A DNA stretch of 64,000 bases from an uncultured Candidatus Saccharibacteria bacterium (GTDB lineage Bacteria > Patescibacteriota > JACMRA01): contig CAZVWQ010000002.1 in NCBI GenBank assembly GCA_964631275.1, positions 26,206 to 90,205 on the forward strand, read 5' to 3'. The translations under genes were made by a program, and so were the position numbers. Of the stretch, positions 7,800-17,820 are shown piece by piece. The notes under the pieces are model-generated. The model worked only from the letters and a program-made list of their open reading frames with translations, ran no database searches and was not told the DNA's origin. How positions within the stretch are numbered: the stretch's first letter is position 1; the number at the start of each line of letters is the position of its first letter.

Positions 7800-10220
7800 A
7801 TGCTAATTATCGTTGAGTCCCCAGCTAAAGCTAAAACTATCTCTCACATCGTCGGTAAGAATTATACCGTCAAAGCTTCTATTGGCCATATCAGGCAACT
7901 CTCAGATGATAAAAAAACTAAAGATGGTAAGCCTTTAGAAATCAATGGCATTGATATTCAAAATAACTTTAGACCAATCTACGAAATCGACGAAGACAAA
8001 AAAAAAGTAGTTAACGAACTAAAAAAATTAGCTAAAGAAAGTAAGGAAATCTTATTTGCTACTGATGAAGATCGTGAAGGAGAAGCTATTAGTTGGCACT
8101 TAGCTAAGGTATTAAATCTAGATCCAGCTAAAATCAAAAGATTAGTTTTTCATGAAATTACAAAATCAGCCTTAGAAAAAGCTCTTAAAGAAACTAGAAA
8201 CTTGGATTTGAATTTAGTTTCAGCTCAACAAGCTAGGCAAGTGTTAGATAAGATCGTTGGATACAAATTATCTCCGGTTTTATGGTCAGTAATGAGCAAT
8301 TATCGATTGTCAGCAGGTCGAGTACAATCTCCAGCTCTAAAGATAATCGTTGACAGAGAAAATGAAATTGAAGCTTTTATAGCCGAAGAGTATTGGGAAA
8401 TTTATGGTCAACTGCAACCAAATAAATCGCCTGAAACACAAGTTAATAAATATTTAGATAAAACTGAAGAAAAAACCGAATTCAAAAAAAAGTTAGATGA
8501 AGAAGGATTTTTAAAATTAACTTATAGTCAAGGTAAAAAAGCTTCAGAAATTCTCAAAGACGAAAAAACTACTGATAAAGTTACAGATAGTTTGACCAAA
8601 AATCCAGAATTTAGAGTTCAGGAGGTTCAATCCAAAACTGAAAGAGTTAAGCCTAAACCACCTTTTATTACTTCTACTCTCCAGCAAGCAGCTAGCTCTA
8701 AGCTTGGATTTACTCCCAAAAGTACTATGAGAGCAGCCCAAAAACTTTATGAAGGAGTAGCTATAGATGGTCAGCAACAAGCTCTAATTACCTACATGAG
8801 AACAGACAGCGTAAATCTATCGGCTGAATCAATTCTTAAAGCTAGAAGCTATATTAAATCTAAATATCCAAAGTTTCTTCCAGAAAAGCCAAATCATTAT
8901 ACCTCTAAATCTCGTAACGCTCAAGAAGCTCACGAAGCTATTAGGCCTGTTGACCCGACTCTCTCTCCAGATAGGCTTAAAGGTAAAATTGATTCCAACC
9001 TTTTTAGACTTTACGAACTAATATGGAAAAGAATGATTAGCAGCCAGATGACTTCAGAGGTTCGTCAAAGATTTACTTTTGAATTAGAAAATCAAGTCAA
9101 AGATAAATTCCAAGGGTCTGTGGCCTGGACTACTGAACCTGGTTTTCAGGCGGTATGGTCAAATAAAAAAGTCGAAGAAGCTAGTGAGTTAGATAAACTT
9201 TACCAAAAAAATCAAAAATTTAATCTTAGAGAATTAAACCTTTTACAAAATTTTACTAGCCCACCTAGCCGCTACTCTCCAGCAAGTTTAATAAAAAAAA
9301 TGGAAGAGTTAGGAATTGGACGTCCGAGTACTTATGCTACGATCATTTCTACGCTTCACGATAGGCAATATGTCGAAGATAACCCTAAGACCCTAATCCC
9401 AACTTTTTTAGGACGTAAAGTTTGTGAAGTATTAGTTGATAATTTTGAACAGGTAACTAATAGCGAATTAACTGCTGAATTAGAAAATAATTTAGATAAA
9501 ATTTCTCGAGGTGAAAGTAAATACGAAAAAGTTTTAGATGAGTTTTGGTCAGAGTTTAAGAAGCAAGTAGAAGAACGAGAACCAAAGATAATTGAAAATA
9601 AAAACAAATATAGAGAAAGTCAAACTAAGGTTAAAGATCCTAAATATGGCAATGAAATGGTCTTGAAGTTTGGTAGATTTGGGGCTTATTATGAAAATCC
9701 TAATTATCCCGAATCTCGCTATCCAGTTGATTTTAGAGAAAAAGCTGAAAAATTAGAACAAACTAAAAAAGAACTAGGCGAAGATCTAGAAAATATTAAG
9801 TGTCCTGAATGTGGAGCTGAAATGGAACTTAAAGTTGGTAGATTTGGTGAGTATTTTCAGTGCTTAGATGTCAAAGATCATAAATTCCCAAAAAACTTTA
9901 GGGAATATAATATTGCTCTTAAAGAAGCTAAAGATAAATTTAGCAGCCAAACAAAAAATAAAACCTGCGAAGTGTGTGGCAAAGATTTGATCGTTAGAGT
10001 TTCTAAATCTAGTCTTAAACCATATATTGCTTGCCCAGATTATAAAGTAGGTAATAAACATACTGTAATTAACGTAAACTACGGAGATTGTCCAGAATGT
10101 CAAAAGCATGGTCGAAAAGGCAAATTAGAACTAAAGAATTCCAAAAAAGGAAACTTTTTAGTGTGCAATTTACCCAAAAAAGAGTGTGGCTATGTTGAAA
10201 TTTACAGTCCAAAAAATTGA
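7800..10220 (+). CDS. topA: DNA topoisomerase I with C-terminal CxxC zinc-ribbon repeats
   Basis: MLIIVESPAKAKTISHIVG (Toprim), ATDEDREGEAISWH, YMRTDS (active-site Tyr region) and four CxxC..CxxC pairs in the tail. Confidence 0.95.
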   Translation: MLIIVESPAKAKTISHIVGKNYTVKASIGHIRQLSDDKKTKDGKPLEINGIDIQNNFRPIYEIDEDKKKVVNELKKLAKESKEILFATDEDREGEAISWHLAKVLNLDPAKIKRLVFHEITKSALEKALKETRNLDLNLVSAQQARQVLDKIVGYKLSPVLWSVMSNYRLSAGRVQSPALKIIVDRENEIEAFIAEEYWEIYGQLQPNKSPETQVNKYLDKTEEKTEFKKKLDEEGFLKLTYSQGKKASEILKDEKTTDKVTDSLTKNPEFRVQEVQSKTERVKPKPPFITSTLQQAASSKLGFTPKSTMRAAQKLYEGVAIDGQQQALITYMRTDSVNLSAESILKARSYIKSKYPKFLPEKPNHYTSKSRNAQEAHEAIRPVDPTLSPDRLKGKIDSNLFRLYELIWKRMISSQMTSEVRQRFTFELENQVKDKFQGSVAWTTEPGFQAVWSNKKVEEASELDKLYQKNQKFNLRELNLLQNFTSPPSRYSPASLIKKMEELGIGRPSTYATIISTLHDRQYVEDNPKTLIPTFLGRKVCEVLVDNFEQVTNSELTAELENNLDKISRGESKYEKVLDEFWSEFKKQVEEREPKIIENKNKYRESQTKVKDPKYGNEMVLKFGRFGAYYENPNYPESRYPVDFREKAEKLEQTKKELGEDLENIKCPECGAEMELKVGRFGEYFQCLDVKDHKFPKNFREYNIALKEAKDKFSSQTKNKTCEVCGKDLIVRVSKSSLKPYIACPDYKVGNKHTVINVNYGDCPECQKHGRKGKLELKNSKKGNFLVCNLPKKECGYVEIYSPKN

Positions 10221-10420
10221 CAAATACACTAAAATAAAAGAACTATTTAACTAATTCTGATTTTTAGAATTTTTTTTAGAAAAACTCTTAGGTTTTTTCT
10301 TTGGCTAAATTGTTTTACAGCTAATCCACATAGGCAGCTTAGATATTTTGTACCTCTAAAGCTGCTTTTTATACCAGTTATGTTCGTTTTGTAATCAAAA
10401 CTGACAGAGTAGTTAAACTT

Positions 10421-10545
10421 AATTAGTCTTGTCCCATAACTCAGATTTACAAAACTTTAATCCTATAAATAAGTACTTAAATAAAGAAAACACAGTTAGA
10501 AAAACTCACTGAGTAGTTAACAGTTTAGTATATAGACCACATTTG
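10421..10545 (-). repeat. composite repeat (half of family B plus module J), left arm of a large inverted pair
   Basis: 10421-10478 matches the right half of family B in reverse complement. 10480-10545 is the reverse complement of 12052-12118. Confidence 0.6.
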
Positions 10546-10640
10546 TAATTTTTTGTTTATTTAAAAATAAAAACTAAGAAATCTTTTGTAGCTAATTTTT
10601 AATAAAAAATCTAAGATATAGCTAACCCATACACTAGCTA

Positions 10641-10717
10641 GACATTTTGAGTATCCTAAATTGTACTTTAAAACAAACTTAATATCTAATAACTTATCTA
10701 AGTTGAATGTGAAATTC
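10641..10717 (+). repeat. repeat family F
   Basis: gacattttgagtatcctaaattgtactttaaaacaaacttaatatctaataacttatctaagttgaatg matches the reverse complement of 40100-40176 closely. Confidence 0.7.
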
Positions 10718-10923
10718 TTATACTAGGTTAAGAGTAGTTCAAGTTACAATTTTTGAAACAACTAAACAAAGCTTCCGCAGATACTACTATATTTTGTATT
10801 TAAATACTTAACTAAAGCTACATTTAGTAGTAAAATTCAATTTTTGCGGAAGTCTTGTAAAACCTAAATTTTTTATTTTAAGATATAAATAATCAAATAG
10901 GTTCTAATAAATACAAAAGTTTT

Positions 10924-10999
10924 GGATCTGTAGCTCAGTTGGTAGAGCAGGAGACTCTTAATCTCTTGGTCCTGGGTTCGAGTCCCAGCGGGTCCACCA
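10924..10999 (+). tRNA. tRNA-Lys (anticodon CUU), CCA encoded
   Basis: Hand-folded cloverleaf: GGATCTG/TA/GCTC-AGTTGGTA-GAGC/A/GGAGA-CTCTTAA-TCTCT/TGGTC/CTGGG-TTCGAGT-CCCAG/CGGGTCC/A/CCA. Confidence 0.95.
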
Positions 11000-11014
11000 A
11001 ATTAAATAGTCTCT

Positions 11015-11118
11015 TATATCCTTTCCACTAATCGTTACGGTAATTACCCGTTAAGAATTTAGTTTAAATATATGAAAAGCTAAATTTAGGGCAAGCAAAA
11101 AGTAACAGATCAGGTATA
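11015..11118 (-). repeat. repeat family A
   Basis: ..ctaatcgttacggtaattacccgttaagaatttag.. It starts 16 nt after tRNA-Lys. Confidence 0.75.
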
Positions 11119-11145
11119 AATATTCTTAAAAATAGATTTAACAGG

Positions 11146-11240
11146 CAATAAACTTGCTCCATAACTCAGATTTACAAAACTTTAATCCCATAAATAAGTA
11201 CTAATCAACAGTAAAATAGGTTTTGAGACATGAATTAATA
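11146..11240 (-). repeat. repeat family B (MITE-like)
   Basis: Reverse complement of the 12352-12458 consensus. Confidence 0.7.
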
Positions 11241-11318
11241 ACTTAGCAAAGTTAATCCATTATTACTACACACATATCTTAAAGATAATTTTGTTAGGTT
11301 ATAAACTAGCTTACAATA

Positions 11319-11837
11319 TTACTCCTCCCCTCTAATACCCTCTCTATCATTAGCTGTATTATCACGATCTTCCCCAGATTCTAGGTATATCTGATCAATT
11401 TTAGATGAGTTTTGATCTCTTTCGGCAGAATTTTCTTCTCCTATTTTTTGGAGTTCGCTGGCTGATTGGTTAAAGTTATTTTTGTTTTCTAAAAACTCTT
11501 GCTCATTTATAGATGGTAGTATTTGAGCTTGGCCATTAATAAATCTGATTCCAGATTCAATATAATTAATAAAAGCATTAGCTGTATTAACTAATCTTCT
11601 TTGTTCGTTAACTAAATCGTCGTTTAGCGAGGCTTGATCATCAAAAATATTAGCAATTTGGTTTTTCTGTCTTCTTTGTAGTTTGATTTCATCATTTTGA
11701 GAAGCTTTTAATTCTATAATTTCTTGAGTGTAATTTTCTCTTAGTTTTTGATTTTCAAAATACAAATAGCCACTAAGACCGATACCACTAATAGATAGCA
11801 GCATTAATAAAATAATTACGATATATTGTAATTTCAT
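11319..11837 (-). CDS. membrane-anchored coiled-coil protein (hypothetical)
   Basis: N-terminal TM helix IVIILLMLLSISGIGLSGYLYF, followed by a charged helical region. Confidence 0.5.
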   Translation of the reverse strand: MKLQYIVIILLMLLSISGIGLSGYLYFENQKLRENYTQEIIELKASQNDEIKLQRRQKNQIANIFDDQASLNDDLVNEQRRLVNTANAFINYIESGIRFINGQAQILPSINEQEFLENKNNFNQSASELQKIGEENSAERDQNSSKIDQIYLESGEDRDNTANDREGIRGEE

Positions 11838-11970
11838 GTATAATATTATATATAGCTTTTTATATTTAGTTTAGACATTTTTACCTTACGCACTTTTATT
11901 TTATTTAATCGAAAAATTTGAAATATTTTACCAGATTTTCAGAAAGTCTAGTATGGTAATTCGAGCCACT

Positions 11971-12058
11971 TTCGTTTTGTAAATAAAACCTAGTTTAACC
12001 CTAACTAAAAAGCTTATTCATTAATCTAAAAGTAAAAATTGCTGTGAGCTTTGGTATA
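11971..12058 (-). repeat. repeat family D module (..aaacctagtttaac..aaaagtaaaaattgctgtgagctttggtata)
   Basis: Matches 14860-14930 and 49176-49258. Confidence 0.55.
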
Positions 12059-12118
12059 ATTTATATACCAAACTGTTAGCTACTCAGTGAGTTTTTCTAA
12101 CTGTGTTTTTTTATTTAA
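12052..12118 (+). repeat. repeat module J, right arm partner of 10480-10545
   Basis: ..ataccaaactgttagctactcagtgagtttttctaactgtgttt.. is the reverse complement of 10480-10545. Confidence 0.65.
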
Positions 12119-12351
12119 CCAAAATAAAACCTTCAGTTAAATCATAATTTAGTTAGTATCTGGTATACAAGTAAAAATTATACCATTTCGCCATAAATTA
12201 TTTATTACGATATGAGACGGTTTTACCTTAAAAAGCTAAATTTTTCTCTGAATTTTTTGGAATAGTTTTATAGTAAATTGGTATTAGTTGAATATCCTTA
12301 CTTGGTATAGAAGCTTTCTTTAGGTAAAGAGTTTCTGAGATTTTTAAATTT

Positions 12352-12458
12352 ATTAATCATGTCTCAAAAATGTCTCAAAACCTATTTTTACTGTTGATTA
12401 GTACTTATTTATGGAGTTAAAGTTTTGTAAATCTGAGTTATGGGACAAGGCTATTAAT
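12352..12458 (+). repeat. repeat family B, full copy (MITE-like, imperfect termini attaatcatgtctc / gacaaggctattaat)
   Basis: Termini are mutually reverse-complementary. Copies at 16385-16478 and 11146-11240; halves at 10421-10478 and 38456-38494; a fused-termini relic at 53293-53313. Confidence 0.7.
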
Positions 12459-12534
12459 TTTTTAAGGTAGTTTAAATAAAAAAGATAACCCAGGAATAGC
12501 AAATATAATATCGACTAGGTATAAACTAAAGCTG

Positions 12535-12978
12535 TTAGTCTTCCTTGATAGAAACCTCAATTGCCTCTTGAGATTCAATATTTCCGCCTAATTTTTGGAA
12601 AGTATCGGCATCAACTACCAATATCGCTTCTTCAGGCATTGGAGTTTCAGTATCAGCTACTACTAAGTTAAGCTTATTATCGTTATGAGTAACAGTAATC
12701 CCAGTAGCCAAACTGAATTTGTTGCTGGCTACTCCAGATTCTAAATTTTTATTTAAAACAGCCTTTCCTTTGATCTCTTCGGTTTCAATTAAATCTTCAC
12801 TACTACCCTTAGAGTCTACGACTCCACCAGCAATTTCACCAGAGGTATAATCAATTGAGCCACTGCGGTCATCGATTGCTCCAAGAACATTTCCGTTACC
12901 AGAATTTGGCAAAGTTAGAAACGGCAAAGTCAGTAAAATTAACAATAAAAGACTTAATAATTTTGTTTTTCCAGACAT
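12535..12978 (-). CDS. secreted hypothetical protein
   Basis: Signal-peptide-like N-terminus KTKLLSLLLLILLTLPFLTLPNSG. Confidence 0.55.
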   Translation of the reverse strand: MSGKTKLLSLLLLILLTLPFLTLPNSGNGNVLGAIDDRSGSIDYTSGEIAGGVVDSKGSSEDLIETEEIKGKAVLNKNLESGVASNKFSLATGITVTHNDNKLNLVVADTETPMPEEAILVVDADTFQKLGGNIESQEAIEVSIKED

Positions 12979-13265
12979 ATGCTTGATTTATATTTTTGTT
13001 ATAGTGGGTATCTAGCTACTATATCTAGAGTAATTATGATTAAAAAAATATATTTTGGCAAATAAAAACAAATTAAATCCTTCTACACTCCAATCATGAA
13101 ACTCCCAGTTTTAAAAATATTAACTTTAGAAATTGTATCTACTTAATTTAAATTTACCTCAAAACCTTCTAAAATATCCGAACTTTTTTTTAAATGAGCA
13201 TAAAGTAGATTATTTTTGAATCTCGAAACAAAACTATTTAGTAGTTTTTTATGCAGTTATATTCA

Positions 13266-13384
13266 ATTAGTCCAAATTTGGACTTTTTTAATTTTTAAGA
13301 TTACTTTTTGATGCTGATTAGGTCAAATTAAAGCGGAAATTTAAACTTCAAAAAAACTAAAATTTGCTTTGCGGTGACTATAAA
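13266..13384 (+). repeat. repeat family D sub-module
   Basis: ggacttttttaatttttaag..gatgctgattaggtcaaattaaagcggaaatttaaacttc..tttgctttgcggtgac matches 2407-2525. Confidence 0.65.
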
Positions 13385-13427
13385 TCTACAGAAAGTATTT
13401 TTTATCAATTTTGTGAAAGTTGAATAC

Positions 13428-14390
13428 TTATAAAAATCCACTCAAGATCATTAAACCTAAAGGAATAAAAAGTAAACCGAAAATATAACTAAGAAAAACT
13501 GTGATTGAAACTGTTTTTGGATAAGTATCGTACTCTGTAGCTAAGGCTACAACATTAGCTCCCATAGGGACTAAACTAAGGACTATAAAAGTTTTATAAA
13601 CTAAATTTGGATTAGGGTTACCGTTTATCAAAAAATTATTAAAAACATTCAAAAAATTTCTATCTAAAGTAATTAATCCAAGAACTATAACTGGCCAAAT
13701 CAAAAATTTAGCTAAAAAACTAATACTAATAAATTTAAAATCAAGTTCAAAGTTTTTAACCTTAGACAAGCCCAAGCCAATTAGCATAATTCCAAGTAAA
13801 GAGTAAGCTCCAGTAAAACCTTTTATAAAATTAACATATTCTTGAGTTTTATTAATTTCTTGAAACAATCCTAGAGCATTAAACAAAAAACCAATTATTG
13901 CCATAGGCAGCATTGGATTAGTAAAAACAATTTTGAGTGACTCTTGAAGACTAAAATTACCTTGAGAAACTATATACATCCCTATCGTAGCAAAAAAAAT
14001 CTGAATTCCTAAGACAGCTAGAATTACAATATTTCCAGCTTCCTCGCCAAGTATTCCAATTGCCAGTGGTAGTCCAAAATAACCTAAATTACCCCAAGCA
14101 GCTGAAAAAGCCAAAATATTTCTTCTCGAGTCGACAAATACAAAGGCTAATAAAAAATAAGCTAACAAACAAATCAAAGTACAAAGTAAGAAAAAAGTAA
14201 TACTAATAGCGAAGGTATTAAAACTTAAGTTAACTGTAAAAGTTGTATTAAAAATAACTAAAGGAGTAATAGAATAAATTAAAATTTTGGCTATGCTTTT
14301 GTTTTCTATAGTTAAAAATTTACCCGAAAGGTAGCCAATAAAAATTATTAAATACAAAGGAATAATATTAAAGAAGATATCTAAATTCAT
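13428..14390 (-). CDS. AEC (auxin efflux carrier) family permease
   Basis: About 10 TM segments. The N-terminus IIPLYLIIFIGYLSGKF and overall layout are typical of the AEC family. Confidence 0.8.
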   Translation of the reverse strand: MNLDIFFNIIPLYLIIFIGYLSGKFLTIENKSIAKILIYSITPLVIFNTTFTVNLSFNTFAISITFFLLCTLICLLAYFLLAFVFVDSRRNILAFSAAWGNLGYFGLPLAIGILGEEAGNIVILAVLGIQIFFATIGMYIVSQGNFSLQESLKIVFTNPMLPMAIIGFLFNALGLFQEINKTQEYVNFIKGFTGAYSLLGIMLIGLGLSKVKNFELDFKFISISFLAKFLIWPVIVLGLITLDRNFLNVFNNFLINGNPNPNLVYKTFIVLSLVPMGANVVALATEYDTYPKTVSITVFLSYIFGLLFIPLGLMILSGFL

Positions 14391-14764
14391 TTTGGCTAGA
14401 GATTATAATTACACTTTATAAAAATTTAAGTTATACTCTTAAGTTAGGCTTTTCTAATTCAGAATTTACATATTTCCTAATTGCCTTATTACCTATACCT
14501 AGAGTTTTTGGGATAATCTTCAAAGTGTGACCAGAATTAAGAAATAACAAAGCTGCTACTCTTATATATTTCCAGTTATGAATTTTTAGCAAGCACTATT
14601 TTTTTGGATTAATGATGCCTCAAAGCTTCGCAAAATATTTTAGTTTTCTTGATTAAATAAAATAGTAGTTTTTCCTAATTTGTTACTTTTTTTATAAAAT
14701 AAATAAAAAGGAGCTTGCTTCTTTAAAGGTTTATTTCTCTAAGTATTGGGATAAGATTATTGGG

Positions 14765-14930
14765 CATAGCTTCCAAATTTAATTAAGTTTAGTTTTATTG
14801 TTCAATTCGATTATGGGACGGATGTAATACTGTATCCAAACCCGTTTCATTTTTAAAAAACCTAGTTTAGTTTTAATTAAAAAGCTAATTTTTAGTCAAA
14901 AAGTAAAAATTGGTACGAGCTTGGGTATTA
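14765..14930. repeat. composite of repeat families E and D
   Basis: catagcttccaaatttaattaagtttag.. then ..aaacctagtttagttttaattaaaaagc..aaaagtaaaaattggtacgagcttgggtat. Confidence 0.6.
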
Positions 14931-14951
14931 AATTACCAAGTGTAAAGGTAA

Positions 14952-16340
14952 TTAAATAGATTTATTTTGCTTAAAAACTTCTTTCCAGACTTGTCTTTCA
15001 TCCCAGGCCATTCTCCCTCCTGGTTGAGTTAGAGATTGCTCGGTGCCGACTCCAGTACTAACTATCAGAATTTTATCAGTTTCCTTTTTGTTAGTTTTTG
15101 CTATTTCTAGAGCTTTTTGAAAAGATTTCCTTCGATCTATAATAGATGTTATTTTTTTATTTTTTAGGGCTTGTTTTTTTATTTTTTGTGAAAGCAAGTT
15201 AATAATTTCTTTAGGGTTGTCATTTTCGTCGTAATTGTCTGTAGTTATTACGGTATGATCAGCGTATTTATAGCTTATTTCTCCCATTATTGGTTTTTTC
15301 CAGTTATCCCTACCAGCTCCATCACAGGATAAGATGTGGATAACTTGTGTATAGTATTTTTGATCCCTCCAATTAGCTAGATTAGTTAGAAGTTTTTCCA
15401 TACTTTTTGGCTCGTGAGCATAGTCTACCATTATCGATATATCAGGATTTGTAGAGTAAATTTTTGTTTCTTTTATTGGCCAAATAACTTGATTATGTTT
15501 AACTACAAATTCCATTCTTCCTGGTAAATTTCCAACTTTGTCTATAATTTGAGTAACTTTTTTTTCTATCGATGGCTCTAAAATTCGACCAATTTCTAGA
15601 GCAAAAGCTAGGTTTTTAATTTCAAAGTCGGTTGTAAAATGAGTTTTGGCTATAGTTCCGCTCCAGCTGATAGATTTTTCTAAAGTTCCTGGTTCTTCAA
15701 TAATTTCGTAATCAAGATTGTTTTTGAGCGGAATTTTATGTGTATTAATTTTGTCGGAAACTAGTGACCATAAATAATTTTTAATTTCTTGCTGGTCTTT
15801 ATCATCATTACAAACAAAATAACCTCCAGATCTAAGATTTCTAAATAAAACACCTTTTGCAATTTTATATTTTTCCCAATCTCCATGGTAGTCAATATGT
15901 TCTGGATACATGTTCAGGATAGTAGCTATATCAAATTTTTTTAAACCTTTATGCCTACCTTGTTCCAAGCCAATACTGGACATTTCAAGAACTGCAACTT
16001 GGCAATTATTAGCTTTAATTTTGGCTAAAAATTTATGCATCAAAAAACCATCCAAGGTTGTGTTTTTGTAGGTGTTAATAAATTCGTTTTCCTGCTTACC
16101 TTCCAGGTTCAAAATGGCTGTAGAAATATAGCCTGTTCTAATACCTAATAGATTTAAGACTCTACCAACTAGTATAGTGGTTGAAGTTTTACCTTTGGTT
16201 CCAGTGACTCCTATTAAAAATAGGTTATCTGAAGGCCTCCTAAAATAAAGACTAGCTAGATAACTTTTTGAGCCATGATAAAATAATCTGGCAATTCGAA
16301 GCAGGCTTTTACCTAGAATTTTTTCAATTTTTTTTTTCAT
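14952..16340 (-). CDS. Mur ligase family protein (MurE/MurT-like), with a short N-terminus
   Basis: GVTGTKGKTSTT P-loop, central and C-terminal Mur ligase layout (DYAHEP). Only about 40 aa precede the P-loop. Confidence 0.8.
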   Translation of the reverse strand: MKKKIEKILGKSLLRIARLFYHGSKSYLASLYFRRPSDNLFLIGVTGTKGKTSTTILVGRVLNLLGIRTGYISTAILNLEGKQENEFINTYKNTTLDGFLMHKFLAKIKANNCQVAVLEMSSIGLEQGRHKGLKKFDIATILNMYPEHIDYHGDWEKYKIAKGVLFRNLRSGGYFVCNDDKDQQEIKNYLWSLVSDKINTHKIPLKNNLDYEIIEEPGTLEKSISWSGTIAKTHFTTDFEIKNLAFALEIGRILEPSIEKKVTQIIDKVGNLPGRMEFVVKHNQVIWPIKETKIYSTNPDISIMVDYAHEPKSMEKLLTNLANWRDQKYYTQVIHILSCDGAGRDNWKKPIMGEISYKYADHTVITTDNYDENDNPKEIINLLSQKIKKQALKNKKITSIIDRRKSFQKALEIAKTNKKETDKILIVSTGVGTEQSLTQPGGRMAWDERQVWKEVFKQNKSI

Positions 16341-16384
16341 TATAAATACTGATTAAGTTTTAATTGAGGACCTTAAAGTAAACA

Positions 16385-16478
16385 GTAATCATGTCTCAAA
16401 ACCTATTTTTACTGTTGATTAATATCTATTTTATAGGGTTAAGTTTTGTAGATTTGAGTTATAAGACAAGACTAATAA
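16385..16478 (+). repeat. repeat family B
   Basis: gtaatcatgtctcaaaacctatttttactgttgatta..gtagatttgagttataagacaagactaataa. Confidence 0.7.
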
Positions 16479-16536
16479 CCTCGTCTTTAAACTTTTCAAA
16501 AACCTTTATTTAAAAAGATAAGTAATCAAATAGATT

Positions 16537-17820
16537 CTATATCCAGCCTCTAAGTTTGATCGCTTCAGCAACTCTTCTAAGAGCTAGAATATAAGCCCCT
16601 TGTCTATTATCGACGCCATACTCTTGGCTAATACTCCAAACTTCATTAAAGGCTTTAATCACTCTAGAACGCAATTTTTGTAAAACTTCTTCTTCTGACC
16701 AGTAATAATTACTAGCATTCTGCACTTGTTCGAAATAGCTAACTGTTACTCCTCCAGCGTTAGCTAGAATATCAGGAAGTACAGTTATTCCTTTTTCAAA
16801 TAAAATTTTATCAGCTTCTGGAGTTAGAGGTCCGTTAGCTAATTCTACTATTAAATTTGTGTTTAGATTATCTGCGTTATTAATAGTTACCACGCTTTCT
16901 AGAGCAGCTAAAACTAAAACATCTACCTTTTCTTTTAGAATAGAATATTCAGGGCTTTGGATATGCTTGAAACTACTTTGATCACCTATATTAGCTTCAT
17001 AGTATTGCTCTAAGCTACCGTTAGTAGTTTTGTGGTTAATTAGATCAGGAATATTTAAGCCTTGAATATTGCGGACTACGCTTTTAGAATCAGCAATAGC
17101 TATAATTTGGCAGTCAAATTCTTTATCTTCAGCACAAAATCTAGCAAATTCCATTCCAGCATTACCAAATCCTTGAATGGCAATTTTTAATTTTTGGTTT
17201 GATTTACCGATATTTTTGACAGCTTCTTTAAGAACAAAAAAACCTCCCTGAGCAGTAGCTCTGCTACGACCTTCAGAGCCTCCCAAAATCAAGGGCTTAC
17301 CAGTAATTACCCCTCCAGCATACTGGCTTTGGTTTAGTTTCTCGTATTCATCTCTCATCCAACTCATAATTTGGCTATTAGTATAAACATCTGGAGCTGG
17401 AATATCTTGATTAGGTCCGATTAACTTATGAATTTTTTGAATAAAACCCCTGCTTAATTTTTCTAATTCGACCTCTGAAAGTTCTCTAGGATTAACAATT
17501 ATTCCACCTTTTCCTCCTCCAAGTGGCAAATCCATAACTGCACATTTCCAGGTCATCCACATAGATAAAGCCATAACTTCTTCTTTATTTACTTCTGGAT
17601 GAAAACGGATACCACCTTTATATGGACCTAAGGCATTACAATGTTGAGAACGAAAACCTGTAAAAACTTTAACCTCTCCAGAGTCCATTTTAACCGGAAT
17701 ATTAACTTCTATTATTTGTTGCGGTTTAGACAAAAAAGTTATGATATTAGGTTCTAAGCCTATTTTTTTAGATGCTAATTCTAGCTGATTAACCGCTATT
17801 TCATAAGGATTATTTGGCAT
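16537..17820 (-). CDS. gdhA: glutamate dehydrogenase (Glu/Leu/Phe/Val dehydrogenase family)
   Basis: KGGIRFHP, LPLGGGKGGI, GFGNAG Rossmann motif. 427 aa. Confidence 0.93.
   Translation of the reverse strand: MPNNPYEIAVNQLELASKKIGLEPNIITFLSKPQQIIEVNIPVKMDSGEVKVFTGFRSQHCNALGPYKGGIRFHPEVNKEEVMALSMWMTWKCAVMDLPLGGGKGGIIVNPRELSEVELEKLSRGFIQKIHKLIGPNQDIPAPDVYTNSQIMSWMRDEYEKLNQSQYAGGVITGKPLILGGSEGRSRATAQGGFFVLKEAVKNIGKSNQKLKIAIQGFGNAGMEFARFCAEDKEFDCQIIAIADSKSVVRNIQGLNIPDLINHKTTNGSLEQYYEANIGDQSSFKHIQSPEYSILKEKVDVLVLAALESVVTINNADNLNTNLIVELANGPLTPEADKILFEKGITVLPDILANAGGVTVSYFEQVQNASNYYWSEEEVLQKLRSRVIKAFNEVWSISQEYGVDNRQGAYILALRRVAEAIKLRGWI

Noticed and set aside
8544-10109. Minus-strand ORFs inside topA (8544-8780, 9356-9607, 9864-10109)
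   Set aside because: They are antisense shadows of a well-supported gene and have no recognisable motifs.
14445-14590. Possible ~50-aa helix-turn-helix ORF on the minus strand (..AALLFLNSGHTLKIIPKTLGIGNKAIRKYV..)
   Set aside because: It looks like the HTH of a transposase or resolvase N-terminus. However, it has only a TTG start right after a TAG and no attached catalytic domain. It is probably a relic and too weak to annotate.
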